Shown here in pieces: positions 35,948 to 48,012 of a stretch of DNA of 64,000 bases; position 1 is the stretch's first letter, and every line of letters begins with the position of its first letter. The translations under genes and the position numbers were made by a program. The notes under the pieces were generated by a model. That model did not search any database, was not told the DNA's origin, and was given only the letters and a program-made list of their open reading frames with translations. This DNA is from Squalus acanthias (Eukaryota), in NCBI GenBank assembly GCA_030390025.1, contig CM059435.1, positions 84,382,001 through 84,446,000 on the forward strand, given 5' to 3'.

Positions 35948-38870
35948 TTAAATTTTTTTTTTAATGGAATGTGGGTGTCGCTGGCAAGGCCATCCCTAAT
36001 TGCCCTTGAGAAGTGGTGGTGAGCCGTCTTCTTGAACTGCTGCAGTCCGTGTGGTGAAGGTACTCCCACAGTGCTGTTAGGTAGGGAGTTCCAGGATTTT
36101 GACCCAGCGACGATGAAGGATCGGCGATATACTTCTAAGTCAGGATGATGTGTCAGTTGGAGGGGAACTTGGAGGTGGCGGTGTTCCCATGCGCCTGCTG
36201 CCCTTGTCCTTCTAGGTAGAAGATGTCGCGGGTTTGGGAGGTGCTGCCGAAGAAGCCTTGGCGAGTTGCTGCAGTGCATCTTGTAGATGGTACACACTGC
36301 AGCCACGGTATGCCGGTGGTGGAGGGAGTGAATGTTTAAGGTGGTGGATGGGGTGCCAAACAAGTGGGCTTGATGGTGGGAGATTCGGCGATGGTAATGC
36401 CGTTGAATGTCAAGGGGAGGTGGTTAGACTCTCGCTTGTTGGAGATAGTCATTGCCTGGCACTTCTGTGGCGCGATTGTTACCTGCCACTTATCAGCCCA
36501 AGCCTGAACGTCGTCCAGGTCTTGTTGCATGCGGGCATGAACTGCTTCATTATCTGAGGAGTTGTGAATGGCGCTGAACACTGTGCAGTCATCAGCAAAC
36601 ATCCCCATTTCTAACCTTATGTTGGAGGGAATGTCATTGATGAAGCAGCTGAAGATGGTTGGGCCTAGGACACTGCCCTGAAGAACTCGTGCAGCGATGT
36701 CCTGGGGCTGTGATGATGGACCTTCAACCACCACAACCATCTTCCTTTGTGCTAGGTATGACTCCAGCCAGTGGAGCGTTTCCCCCCCCCCCCCCGATTC
36801 TCATTGACTTCAATTTTACTCGGGCTCCTTGATGCCACACTCGGTCAAATGCTGCCTTGATTTCAAGGGCAGTCACTCTCACCTCACCTCTGGAATTCAG
36901 CTCCTTTGTCCATGTTTGGACCAAGGCTGTAATGAGGTCGGGAGCCAAGTGGTCTTGGCAGAACTCAAACTGGGCATCAGTGAGCAGGTTATTGGTGAGT
37001 AAGTGCCGCTTGATAGCGCTGTCGATGACACCTTCCATCACTTTGCTGATGATTGAGAGTAGACTGATGGGGCGGTAATTGGCCGGGTTGGATTTGTCCT
37101 GCTTTTTGTGGACAGGACATACCTGGGCAGTTTTCCACATTGTCAGATAGATGCCAGTGTTGTAGCTGTACTGGAACAGCTTGGCTAGAGGTGTGGCTAG
37201 TTCTGGAGCACAAGTCTTCAGCACGATAGCCGGGATGTGGTCAGGGCCCACAGCCTTTGCTGTATCCAGTGTGCTCAGCCGTTTCTTGATATCACGTGGA
37301 GTGAATCGAATTGGCTGAAGACTGGCTTCTGTGATCATCCACTCAGCACTTCTGGCAGAAGATGGTTGCAAATGTTTCAGCCTTGTCTTTTGCACTCACG
37401 TGCTGGGCTCCACCATCATTGAGGATGGGGATATTCATGGAGCCTCCTCCTCCCGTTAGTTGTTTAATGGTCCACCACCATTCACGACTGGATGTGGCAG
37501 GACTGCAGAGCTTTGATCTGATCCGTTGATTGTGGGATCGCATAGCCCTGTCTATAGCATGCTGCTTCCGCCTTTTAGTATGCATGTATAGTCCTGTGTT
37601 GCAGCTTCCCCAGGTTGGCACCTCATTTTTAGGTATGCCTGGTACTGCTCCTGGCATGCTCTTCTACACTCCTTATTGAACCAGGGTTGTTCCCCTGGCT
37701 TGATGGTAATGGTAAAGTGAGGGATATGCCAGGCCATGAGGTTACAGATTATGGTGGAATACAATTCAGCTGCTGCTGATGGCCCACAGCACCTCATGGA
37801 TGCTTTAGAGCTGCTAGATCTGTTCTGAATCTATTCCATTTAGCACGGTGGTAGTGCCACACAACACGATGGAGGGTGTCCTCAGTGTGAAGACGGGACT
37901 TTGTCTCCACAATGACTGTGCGGTGGTCACTGCTACCAATATTGTCATGGACAGATGCATCTGCGACAGGTAGGTTGGTGAGGACAAGGTCAAGTAGGTT
38001 TTTCCCCTCGTGTTGGTTCTCTCACCACCTGTCGCAGGCCCAGACTGGCAGCTATGTCCTTCAGGACTCGGCCAGCTCGGTTAGTAGTGGTGCTACTGAG
38101 CCACTCTTGGTGATGGACATTGAAGTCCCCCACCCAGCGTACATTCTGTGCCCTTGCTGTCAGTGCTTCTTCCAAGTGATGTTCAACATGGAGGAGTACT
38201 GATTCATCAGCTTGACCTGAAGCCGTGAGACTTCATGGGGTCTGGAGACAATGTTGAGGACTCCCAGGGCCATCCTTCCCGACTGTATACCACTGCCACC
38301 CTCTGAAGGGCAGGACATACCCAGGGAATGTGATGGAGGACTTTGGGACATTGGCTGAAAGGTATGATTCTATGAGTATGATTATGTCAGGCTGTTGCTT
38401 GACTAATCTGTGGGGACAGCTCTCCCAATTTTGGCACAAGTCCCAGACATTGGTGAGGAGGACTTTGCAGGGTTGACTGGGCTGGGTGTGCCATTGCCGT
38501 GTCTGTAGCTGGTGCCGAGGTCGATGCCGGGTGGTCCGTCCGGTTTCATTCTTATTATTGTTTTTCGTAGCAGTTAGTTACAACTGAGTGGCTTGCTCGG
38601 CCATTTCAGATCCAGTTAAGAGTCAACCACATTGCTGTGGGTCTGGAGTCACATTTAGGCCAGACCAGGTAAGACTTCCTTCCCTAAAGGACATTAGTGA
38701 ACCAGATAGTTTCATGGGTACCATTACTAGCTTTTTATTCCAGCTTTATTTAATTAACTGAATTTAAATTTCCCAGCTGCCGTGGTGGGATTTGAACTCA
38801 CGTCTCTGGATCATTAGTCCAGGCCTCTGGAATACTAGCCCAGTGACATTACCACTACGCTACCGTTCCC
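35948..38870 (-). mobile_element. CR1-group (Zenon-like) LINE lacking ORF1, with tRNA-derived SINE-like 5' end
   Basis: APE pieces (QQPDIIILIESYL, WVGDFNVHH, VREPTRG), RT (KAVGPD, ANYRPISLL, QGSVLGP, FADD), poly-A at ~35953-35962; A box 38852-38862 and B box 38788-38797 at the 5' end. Confidence 0.85.
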
Positions 38871-41800
38871 GTAGTTCCCAGAGTGATGGGGATGTGATGA
38901 GAGTCACAGCAGGATGAAGTTGAGTGTGGCTTTATACTCACCTTTCCTGATCTAATGAGATCATTGAAACATTTCCGGCACTGCACCCAGGTCCTCCTCA
39001 CAACATCCCTGCTGATGACCTCCTGAGCTATTTGGAGCCAAACTCGTTTGTCTCATGGGGAGGTCTCTTCCGCCCATTTGAAGGGAAGAGGACCTCCCTG
39101 CGTGCTCTAACTCCCTCCACAAGCATATGGAGGGAGTCATCGGAGAACCTGGGTGCAGCCCTCTGTCTCTGTGCAGTCTTCTCTGGAAATATTTGCAACA
39201 CTCCAATGGTGCAGTGTGCTGCCTGCACACTCCTAGATGAACCTTCAAATGCAATGTGGCCATGGCTCCTTTAAATATCCGGCTGAAAACGGGTCATCGA
39301 TGACGTCATCAGACCCGCACCATTTAATTGGGCCGGGTAATGCGCAGGGCGGGCTTAATAGGCCCCATTAATGCAAAGTAAATTTCAGCAGCGGAATGAA
39401 ATCAACAACAGGGTCACGACCCGCCACAGCAACTGCCTGCACCCGACCCGCCCAGGTAAACAAAATTCCGGCCAAAGTGTGTAAACATGGCTGGGAAATA
39501 TGAGTTGCCATTGAAGAGCATTAGGAGGTACTTTTTGAAGTTGGGATTAAGGTTCATTGTTGCTGCATATAGGGGAGCTTTACCCTGCAAGTAAGGTATA
39601 TGATATCCTATATGCAAATACTTGATGGGGCACATAGAAAGAAGTTTATTAACTCATGCAGTATCTGCCCTGCATGTATTTGTGCTATTACCTTATTGGG
39701 GAGTGTTATCTGAGCTGGGACTGTTTATTTTGCATCTAAGCCATGCTATAACTGACATGGAAGCACTTGATGTTGACACTGGAGCTCTGAAATGCTGATG
39801 CAAACCACTGGAGGTGAGGTAGGGCAGGATGTCTGCCCGCTATAATGTGCCTGTTATATGGTAGTTACCATATGGAAAGGTGCGCAGCCTGTCTAAAGGT
39901 AACTTCAGAGTCGCCGACGGGGAAAGACAGAAAATAATGAAGGGGCGGGCATTAGGGACAAGAACAAATCTGCTTCTTACCATTCTGTGGCACAGCGTGT
40001 TAGGGCTTCACTCTTCCTGTAAGTTATGTTTAAGAACATGCAATAAAGTCATCTTTTATTTCTACAGTGCTAAAGGGCAGATGAAGTATTATAAGTCCAA
40101 CAGCAATTTCTACCTCTGTTCCACAGGTAACACATGTTAGTATTTTGGGGGATGAGTAATGTGTCTATAGTCACTATTATGACTGATCAATTGCAAGATG
40201 TTACAAGGTTGTATTACGTATTAGTGGGCCTAACATTAGATAGGGGTTTTTTAATTGGCATCTCTGTAAATAGTACAGGCACTATATTATGTTTATTTAA
40301 TGATAGGAGGTACATCAATCTATCTATATTTCACTATAGAAAAAAATCAATGAAAAAATAAAGTTTTGTTAGTTCCTAAGGACTGAATGGCACCGTGAAT
40401 TACACACTCCCACCTCTAGACACGAGTTTGAATCTAGCCCAGACTAATGGGATGCTCACAGTGGACTTGAAAGTGAAAAGCGTTCCATTCCCCTTACCTT
40501 GCTAAACATTAAAAACAAAAATAAATATAAACTACGTTCCCAGACAGCAAATTGTTCTTTTGGTGAAAAGTGAGACTCATCTCTATTTGCTAAACTTAAA
40601 GCTTTTAACCAGTTTTATTTTAAAACTAGGAATCTCTTTAAGCAACCCCAAAGTAACAGCTAATAACAGGGGCAGTCCGAATACCAACAAGAAAAACAGT
40701 GAAGCTTGTCTGTGTGGGTCCCTTTACACTGCGTTTCTCCACAACACTGCACTTCAGCAACCACAGTGAGACTCATCTGTCTGTATAGAGTCATAGAGTT
40801 ATACAGCACAAGTTACCAATTACAGGAATCTCTCTGTAGACCAAGCTGCACTGTGTTGTATAATAAAATTATATTTTAATTTACATAAAATCTTTCACAT
40901 TGCAACATTCCAAAACATTTCACATAATTAAGCACTGCAACAATGTAAATGTAACTGGCCTAACAGTGATGTGATTGAAGCCATAGGGTGGGCCTGATTC
41001 CTATGTAACTGGTTAAAATTTGTGGAAGGATAGGAGACATGGGGCTGATATTCCTCTTTTGTACTTGGGCATAAAGGATCGCCTGGCCATAGCGCACAGA
41101 GGAAAGTCGAGCAGGCCCCATCACGGGAATGCGATTCTTCTGACACGATTCCCCTCTATGCGCTCTCCTGTGGTGATTCTTTATACCCAAATGCTACTGG
41201 AAGGAAATCCCTCCCATAGTTTGGGGGAAGGATAGTGTTGCTAATAAAAAACATCTGACCATAACCAAAGAGACGATTTAACCTCAAGAGTGGGGTCAAA
41301 TAGAATCTATTTACAGGGAATTTCTGACACAAAGGAAAAGTGAGACTAACAGGGAAATATTTCAGTTAATAAGGGAAAAGACAGAAGAAGAAAGGTAACT
41401 AATTATGTTTGATCTTACTTACCCAGAAATAAAGTAGATGAACGTGTTCCCCTTTCCTAGTTCCCATTAAGATGAAGGAGGGGGGAACTCTACACAAAAC
41501 GTCTACTCCCACATTACCCCGATCAGCACTTGACTAACAATGGGTGGCGACGTATCAGCAAGTGTACAGATAGTTCCCTCTATATCCTTAATATTATAGG
41601 GCAATTTAGATGAGTAGATTTCCACTCTGGTAAACAAAATTAAAAATGAAACAAAGCCAAAAATGATGGAAGTAAAAATGAAATTAAACCTTTGCAGTGT
41701 GATGGACTCCCGAGCAATATGTGGGCACAGTGCAGTGTTGAGAGCTAAGATGAAGCTTTCCACCTGCAATGTCTGTGTGGCGAGTGGAACTGTTCCCCAA

Positions 41801-42243
41801 CAATTCCACGGTACTCAGCCTCCATTCACAACTCCTTCAGTAATGCAGCAGCCCATGCTAACCTACAGCAGGAACTGGACCACATGCAGGCTTGTGCTGA
41901 CAAGTGGCAGGTAGCATTCGTACCACGTAAGTGCCAGGCAATGACACCTCCAAGAAGAAAAGGCCCAGTAACCGCCTCCTGAACTTAATTATCTTGGGGT
42001 CATCGCTGGACCAGCCATCTTAACACTGTGGCTGGAAGAGCAGGGTAGAGGATGAGAGGGGATGGGCATCGTCTGTCAATAGGAAACCAGCTGGTGTTAA
42101 AATTCCACAACAAATTTGGAACTCATCATGAGGAAGCAAATAAATATGAATGGCAGAGAAGATCAGCAACTAAAACTTGTTGGGGAAGAGGGGAAATGTA
42201 AAAATTAAAACAAAATGCTTCTGCAAGCTAACACTGAGCTTAC

Positions 42244-42422
42244 TTGTACCTGAGCAGAATCAGTATTTCCAGGTCTTGATTGGTTCACAGGTGTCCCTCT
42301 GGCAATGTAATCAACCTTCAGCGACTGATCAACCGTGTTAAAGATGTCTCTTTGGTTCACAGGCCCGGAGGAGCAAACATTGGGGAAGTAGTTGGTTATC
42401 GGTGATGTTGGCTGAAGAGTAC
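42244..42422 (-). CDS. VWA/DUF4537-like gene, exon G
   Basis: ccttctcag|(G)TLQPTSP...VNQRDIFNTVDQSLK...SAQVQ|gtaagc (alternative donor at 42250); phase 1 in, phase 0 out. Confidence 0.65.
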
Positions 42423-42908
42423 CTGAGAAGGAAAAAGGTGAAACAATTAGGTTTTTCAGACATGGGTGACAGATTTTAGGTTTGAAAATCTGGTCTTCGG
42501 GGGGGGGAGGCAAATCCCAATGTAGTTTTGATTGGGGCGGGGCGGGTATGGTTGTCATTTGGAAACAATATTATTTTTTGAACTTACATCTCAGCCTCCC
42601 CTCCTTGAAGTGGCACAATGCCACTCTGAGTTTCTGACAGAAAAACGGGCTGGGTGCTTCTGTTGTGGCTCGACAGGTGTGGGCCACTCACCTCAAATAT
42701 TTAAATGACCCTGTCCCTGAGATTTGGGATGGAGTCCAAGTGGTAGGTGGAAGTCCCGCTCCACCGGACTTCCAACACCCTAGATGGGTTCGCAGAATTT
42801 TTAGCCTTTTGTGTTTGTTTTTTTGTCATTGATTTGTGCCTACAATATCTGAGAAGGCCAGATTACATTAAATGTTGCTCTTACACGTCCACAATTGCTC
42901 AAAATCAT

Positions 42909-43532
42909 GGGGTCAATTTTCCTATATCGCATACATCAGGTGGAGAATCTGTTCCACCCGCCCGTGACATCAGCAGGAGGCCTGGTCCAATTTCATAGTC
43001 GGGCCTTGTTATAATATTCAGAGCAAGCTGTCAGTGCTAATCGTGTTCACTGTAGGTTGGGAGGGTGGGAAATCCGATGGGGATGCTCAGTAGTGGAGGT
43101 AGGTTTGGCCAACTGGGGTGTTGGGGGGGGGGGGGGGGTGGTCGGAGGAGGTTGAACTCAAGATTTGGCAGGAATGGGACTGAGCTGGGAACTAGGGAAT
43201 GCCGACTTACTTAATCCAAAGGCTGAGCCGGGAACTGGACAGATTTGCAGGCCGAACCTGGAGGCCGGAAATGGTGACAAAGGTTCTTGGGAGCGAAATG
43301 GATGCGGATGGCATCCGGTCCTAAAACTAGTGTCGGACCCCCATTTACATATATGCAATAGGCTCCTGCCTGTTTTGGGTGGGAGTGCTGGCCATCTAAA
43401 TCAAGGCCAACTTGAAAATGCATTGGGCAGGCCTCGGGGGCAAAATCAGCATGGAGATTTTTTAAAACTTTTGTCCCACTTCTGCCCCTTTCACACATGA
43501 ATACAGGGCAGTAGGCAAATGAAAATCGCCCC
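42909..43532. mobile_element. Degenerate Harbinger-type MITE
   Basis: Imperfect termini ggggtcaattttc...gaaaatcgcccc. Confidence 0.5.
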
Positions 43533-43760
43533 TCACGCCTCTTGGAGTAGAATGCTCAGTTAATGCTAATTAGTGGCATAATATTGGAAGCTCAGTGCTA
43601 TGGACTAATTCCAGATCTAACAGTGAGGGAGAAACTTATTTCAAGGGAGCCACCAAATAAGCTATCATTAAACGTAGTCACTATCTGGGATTCTTGCTAG
43701 GTGGAAGGGTAATAGGTATGAATGAAATGCACTGGTCTCACAACAGAAATAATTTCTCAC

Positions 43761-44519
43761 CAGGTTTTTTCTGAAGTGGAGCTGAAGGGATCCTTTTCCA
43801 GTATTTCCAAGTATCCTTTTCCTTCTCCTTCTCTTTTGTGTTATGAAGACCATTAAACAGACCACAGTCCGTGTTTAAAGCACTGCCTACACTTGTGGAC
43901 TTATTCATGTTCAAATCAACCAGACTAGCAGATTTACACCTTAAGGTCTTCAAGTTATCCAACTTCACAATATCCGTCTCAAGGGAAGTCTTGCTTCCCA
44001 TCACAAACTCTGCAGACTTAAGTCCCTTTTTCTTCATCGGTGAATTTGAGCAAAAAGGCAGATCATGTTGAGAGAGTTGTTCCGTTACTTTCTGACTCAG
44101 TTCTTCTCTAGTCAGAGTTGTCCCAGGGATCTTTTCATCTTCAAGCCCACTTCTCGGGGCAACAGACTTGTCAGGAAACATTACCTCTGGGCCCAAGTGG
44201 CTTCGTGGGTTATCAGGGATCCAGCACAACCCTTGGCTGCAATTAGAATGATGGCCTTGGCATTCACAAGGGACCCTGAAGTGGTACACAGGCTCAAACT
44301 CATCCACACTACTCCGTGACCCCCTGTACCCAGGTGGCACAATCTGTGGATAATCAGGGTAAGTTTCCAGAAGCTTCTGTTTAGCTGTGATGGTCATCTG
44401 GAGTTCCAAAATGATTCGCTCACCCAGGAGCAGAGGGATCCATACTGCTATTCCAGGAGGAACCTTCTCCGTTTTGCCATTCCAGAAATTTACAATCAAA
44501 CCTTCACTGCCACCATGAT
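43761..44519 (-). CDS. VWA/DUF4537-like gene, exon F
   Basis: gttctcag|(D)HGGSEGLIVNFWNGKTEKVPPGIAVWIP...WKYWKRIPSAPLQKKP|gtgaga; 759 nt; FWNGK...VP resembles C11orf16. Confidence 0.85.
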
Positions 44520-45729
44520 CTGAGAACAAAATTAAAATGAAGTTTTTTCCTATTTTTCTGCCGCAAAACTGTCCTTTGAACCTGCAACAAGATATCTTGT
44601 ACAAATTTATCTAAACTGAGAATTAAAGGTAAACAACATTAAAGATAAAGTTAAAGGCAGGATGAATAGAAAGATGACTGAAGGGCAGAAAGCAGAAGTA
44701 GAAATACAAATGCAAGGAGGTGATGATAATCCTGTACCAAATTGTTAGGGCACAATTAGAATACTGTGCAGTTTTGTGTATAATAGGTAATAAAATAGAA
44801 AATCCACCAATTTCCACGGCTGAAGCATTGCACGTGCAGTGTGCTCATATGAAACTCATCTCTGCAGAGACAACAGAGTATTTGAGCTGCTACATACGTG
44901 CTGAAACCTACAACATTTGGTCTAATATGTGGACTGGATTCAATGCTTCAAGAGTACTGCAGCTGTCTGAGGAGGACCAGGAAGAGTAGCAAAAGACTGA
45001 CTGATGACAAGGCATAATGTGAGGTGTCACTGTTATGCAATACATCAGTTCTACCATCCCAGACACAGATATCTGGGAATAACTACAGTGCAGTGTCTTA
45101 GGAGGCTGCAGCTAGGCAGGTAAATTGGAGCAGGGGTGCGCCATCTTCTTCATAAAGACCTCCAGATGTCAGCCAAGGTGAGTGCCACCACATTTTACCA
45201 AATTTTACAATGCTGTCTTACAATGCATTATCACAGCCTTTCACTGTAAGTTTGGTTCAGCATCATATAAGAATGAACAGTTCTCTGGGAACTGCTCACT
45301 GACTTCCCTGATGATCAGATATACCCATGTTTCTGCTGCCTACTCTGTACTGCTGTGATGCCAGGGCATTTGCCCTGTGGCCCATCAAACGTGGCAAAAT
45401 GCAAACAGCAAGCACACTGCTAACGCAAGCTACCTGCATGCTGCACAGAAACTCATATAAAGTAGAGCTGGGATGTGCAATTGGTTGACACACATCTTCT
45501 CCCATCTTCACAATTCGAACACATGTCTCTTTTCTAATTATGTGCAAGAAAATGCCACATGTAAAAGGCACCAAGAACTGTAGACAGGTAGAGGCACAGC
45601 AAGCAAAACACCTTTGAACCCCTACTAGGAAATAGCCCTGTAGATTGTGAGCTGGGAGGCAATCAAGGGAGTGGGGCAGGAGACATTGGAGGCCACCCCC
45701 AAGCTCAGGGCTAGTACCATGCTTTGTTC

Positions 45730-47085
45730 ATAGAAACATAGAAAAATAGGAGCAGGAGTAGGACATTCGGCTCTTCGAGCCTGCTCCGCCATTCAATATG
45801 ATCATGGCTGATCCTCTATCTCAATATCATATTTCCGCTCTCTCCCCATACCCCTTGATGCCTTTTATGTCTAGAAATCTATCTATCTCCTTCTTAAATA
45901 TATTCAGTGACTTGGCCTCCACAGCCTTCTGTGGTAGAGAATTCCACAGGTTCACCACCCTTTGAGTGAAGAAATTTCTCCTCATCTCAGTCCTAAATGT
46001 CCTACCCCGTATCCTGAGACTGTGACCCCTCATTCTAGACCCCCCCAGCCAGGGAAAACATCCTCCCTGCATCCGTCTGTCTAGCCCTGTCAGAATTTTA
46101 TACGTTTCAATGAGATCCCCTCTCATTCTTCTAAACTCTAGTGAATACAGGCCAAGTCGACCCAATCTCTCCTCATACAACAGTCCTGCCATCCCAGGAA
46201 TCAGTCTGGTGAACCTTCGCTGCACTCCCTCTATGGCAAGTATATCCTTTCTTAGGTAAGGAGACCAAAACTGCACACAGTACTCCAGGTGTGGTCTCAC
46301 CAAGGCCTCGTATAACTGTAGTAAGACATCCTTGCTCCTCAAATCCTCTTGCAATGAAGGCCAACATACCATTTGCCTTCCTAACTGCTTGCTGCACCTG
46401 CATGTTTGCTTTCAGTGACTGGTGTACAAGGACACCCAGGTCCCTTTATACATCAACATTTCCCAATCTATCACCATTTAAATAATACTCTGCCTTTCTG
46501 TTTTTCCTACCGAAGTGGATAACTTCACATTTATCCACGTTATACTGCATCTGCCATGTATTTGCCCACTCACTCAGCTTGTCTAAATCGCCTTGAAGCC
46601 TCTTTGCATCCTCCTCACAACTCACAATCCCACCTAGTTTTGTGTCGTCAGCAAACTTGGAAATATTACATTTGGTTCCCTCATCCAAATCATTGATATA
46701 TATTGTGAATAGCTGGGGCCCAAGCACTGATCCCTGCGGTACCCCACTAGTTACCGCCTGCCACCCTGAAAAAGACCCATTTATTCCTACTCTCTGTTTC
46801 CTGTCTGTTAACAATTTTCAATCCATGCCAGTATATTACCCCCAATCCCATGTGCTTTAATTTTGCACACTAACCTCTTATGTGGGACTTTATCAAAGGC
46901 CTTCTGAAAATCCAAATACACCACATCCACTGGTTCTCCTTATCTATTCTACCAGTTACATCCTCAAAAAACTCCAGTAGGTTTGTCAAACACGATTTCC
47001 CTTTCATAAATCCATGTTGACTTTGTCTAATCCCATTGATATTTTCTAAGTGTCCTGTTATCACATCCTTTATAACATCCTTCAT
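45730..47085 (-). mobile_element. 5'-truncated CR1 LINE
   Basis: ORFs 46870-47085, 46446-46814 and 45827-46372 (RT and C-terminus) plus CR1 tail; close relative of 29805-31530. Confidence 0.95.
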
Positions 47086-47783
47086 TATTCCTTCTCCCCC
47101 TATCTACGCACTCACTAGTTCATTCATTGAAACAAAGTTATGCTGTGGCCCACAGCAGCATAACATACAAAACCTTGCCATGTTTGAAGTGGTGCCTTAC
47201 TGGTAGTATTGTAAGCTATGTTCTTGTTCAAGGAGACCCCAAAAGGGCAATGTACACCGTAAGCCCAGCACCTCATAGCACCCTGCATCACTCAGTTCTA
47301 CAGTGGCAAGTACCAGCCCAGGGAGGGTTTAGTTAGTGAATGGCAGGAGGGTGATTCACTGAGCATGAGTAAGAAAGAGCAAGTGCACATGGAGTTGGAG
47401 GAGCAGCAACCCAATAGCCAGAGGACCAGACGTACCTCTCCTTCAGCTGCTGATTTGACTTCAATGGAAAAGAGAATCGGGCGCGGTGTAAAACGGGCTG
47501 ACAATTCACTATGAGCCTTTTTCGCGCTACTGCCGAAGACCAGTGGAGGGGGGTAATGGCAACCTGTCTTGTAAAACCTGTCTCTCTCATTCATTCTAGT
47601 AGCAGTTTCAATGCCTGGTATGGGGATATTTCCCAATGGGCAATATCTTAATGTGTGGGCTCTTTATTTTAAATGGATTAATGCTTGCCTTAAAATAATG
47701 CTGACATCAAAACATCACCCATCAGAAAAATTCCTAAGATTCCTTTCATATATATTGCTCACAGTTTTGTTAAATTTCGGTAC

Positions 47784-48012
47784 CTGAATTTAATCCTCGT
47801 TGCTCTCTGCCCTGTAACACTGTCCCTGGGCCATAGCGCTCCATGTCAGCCTCCCATGGTGCCAAGACTTTGCATCCAGGTCCAATGGCATGCCTTCTGG
47901 CATCTTCGTAGTGTGTGATATCATAAAGTGCCGTTTCCTGCATGCGACATTGGGCCTTTCGTTTTGTCTTCTTACTTTTGTCGAATTGCACCAAAAATCG
48001 ACCTGGGTGTCC
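47784..48012 (-). CDS. VWA/DUF4537-like gene, exon E
   Basis: atatttag|GHPGRFLVQFDK...GCKVLAPWEADMERYGPGTVLQGRE...NS|gtaccg; 229 nt, phase 0 in, phase 1 out. Confidence 0.88.

Larger units (their letters stand above)
34153..39215 (-). pseudogene. Harbinger Myb/SANT DNA-binding protein gene (3 exons, disrupted)
   Basis: Exon 1 ...RAAPRFSDDSLHMLVEGVRARREVLF...W.QIA..V.....R.W.QC.KCF.DLIRSGK|gtgag (donors at 38942 and, duplicated, 35762); exon 2 ~35259-35421 EKRAHNKRERE...; exon 3 ~35103-34153 acidic/Ser-Pro then coiled-coil. Confidence 0.85.
32364..39473. mobile_element. Two-gene PIF/Harbinger DNA transposon (defective), interrupted by a LINE
   Basis: Perfect 12-bp TIR ggccggaatttt/aaaattccggcc and 3-bp TSD AAA; convergent transposase (+) and Myb/SANT (-) genes. 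Confidence 0.93.

Noticed and set aside
38777-38870. Functional tRNA gene
   Set aside because: Has A/B boxes but an expanded middle, no clean acceptor stem or terminator, and continues into retroposon sequence.
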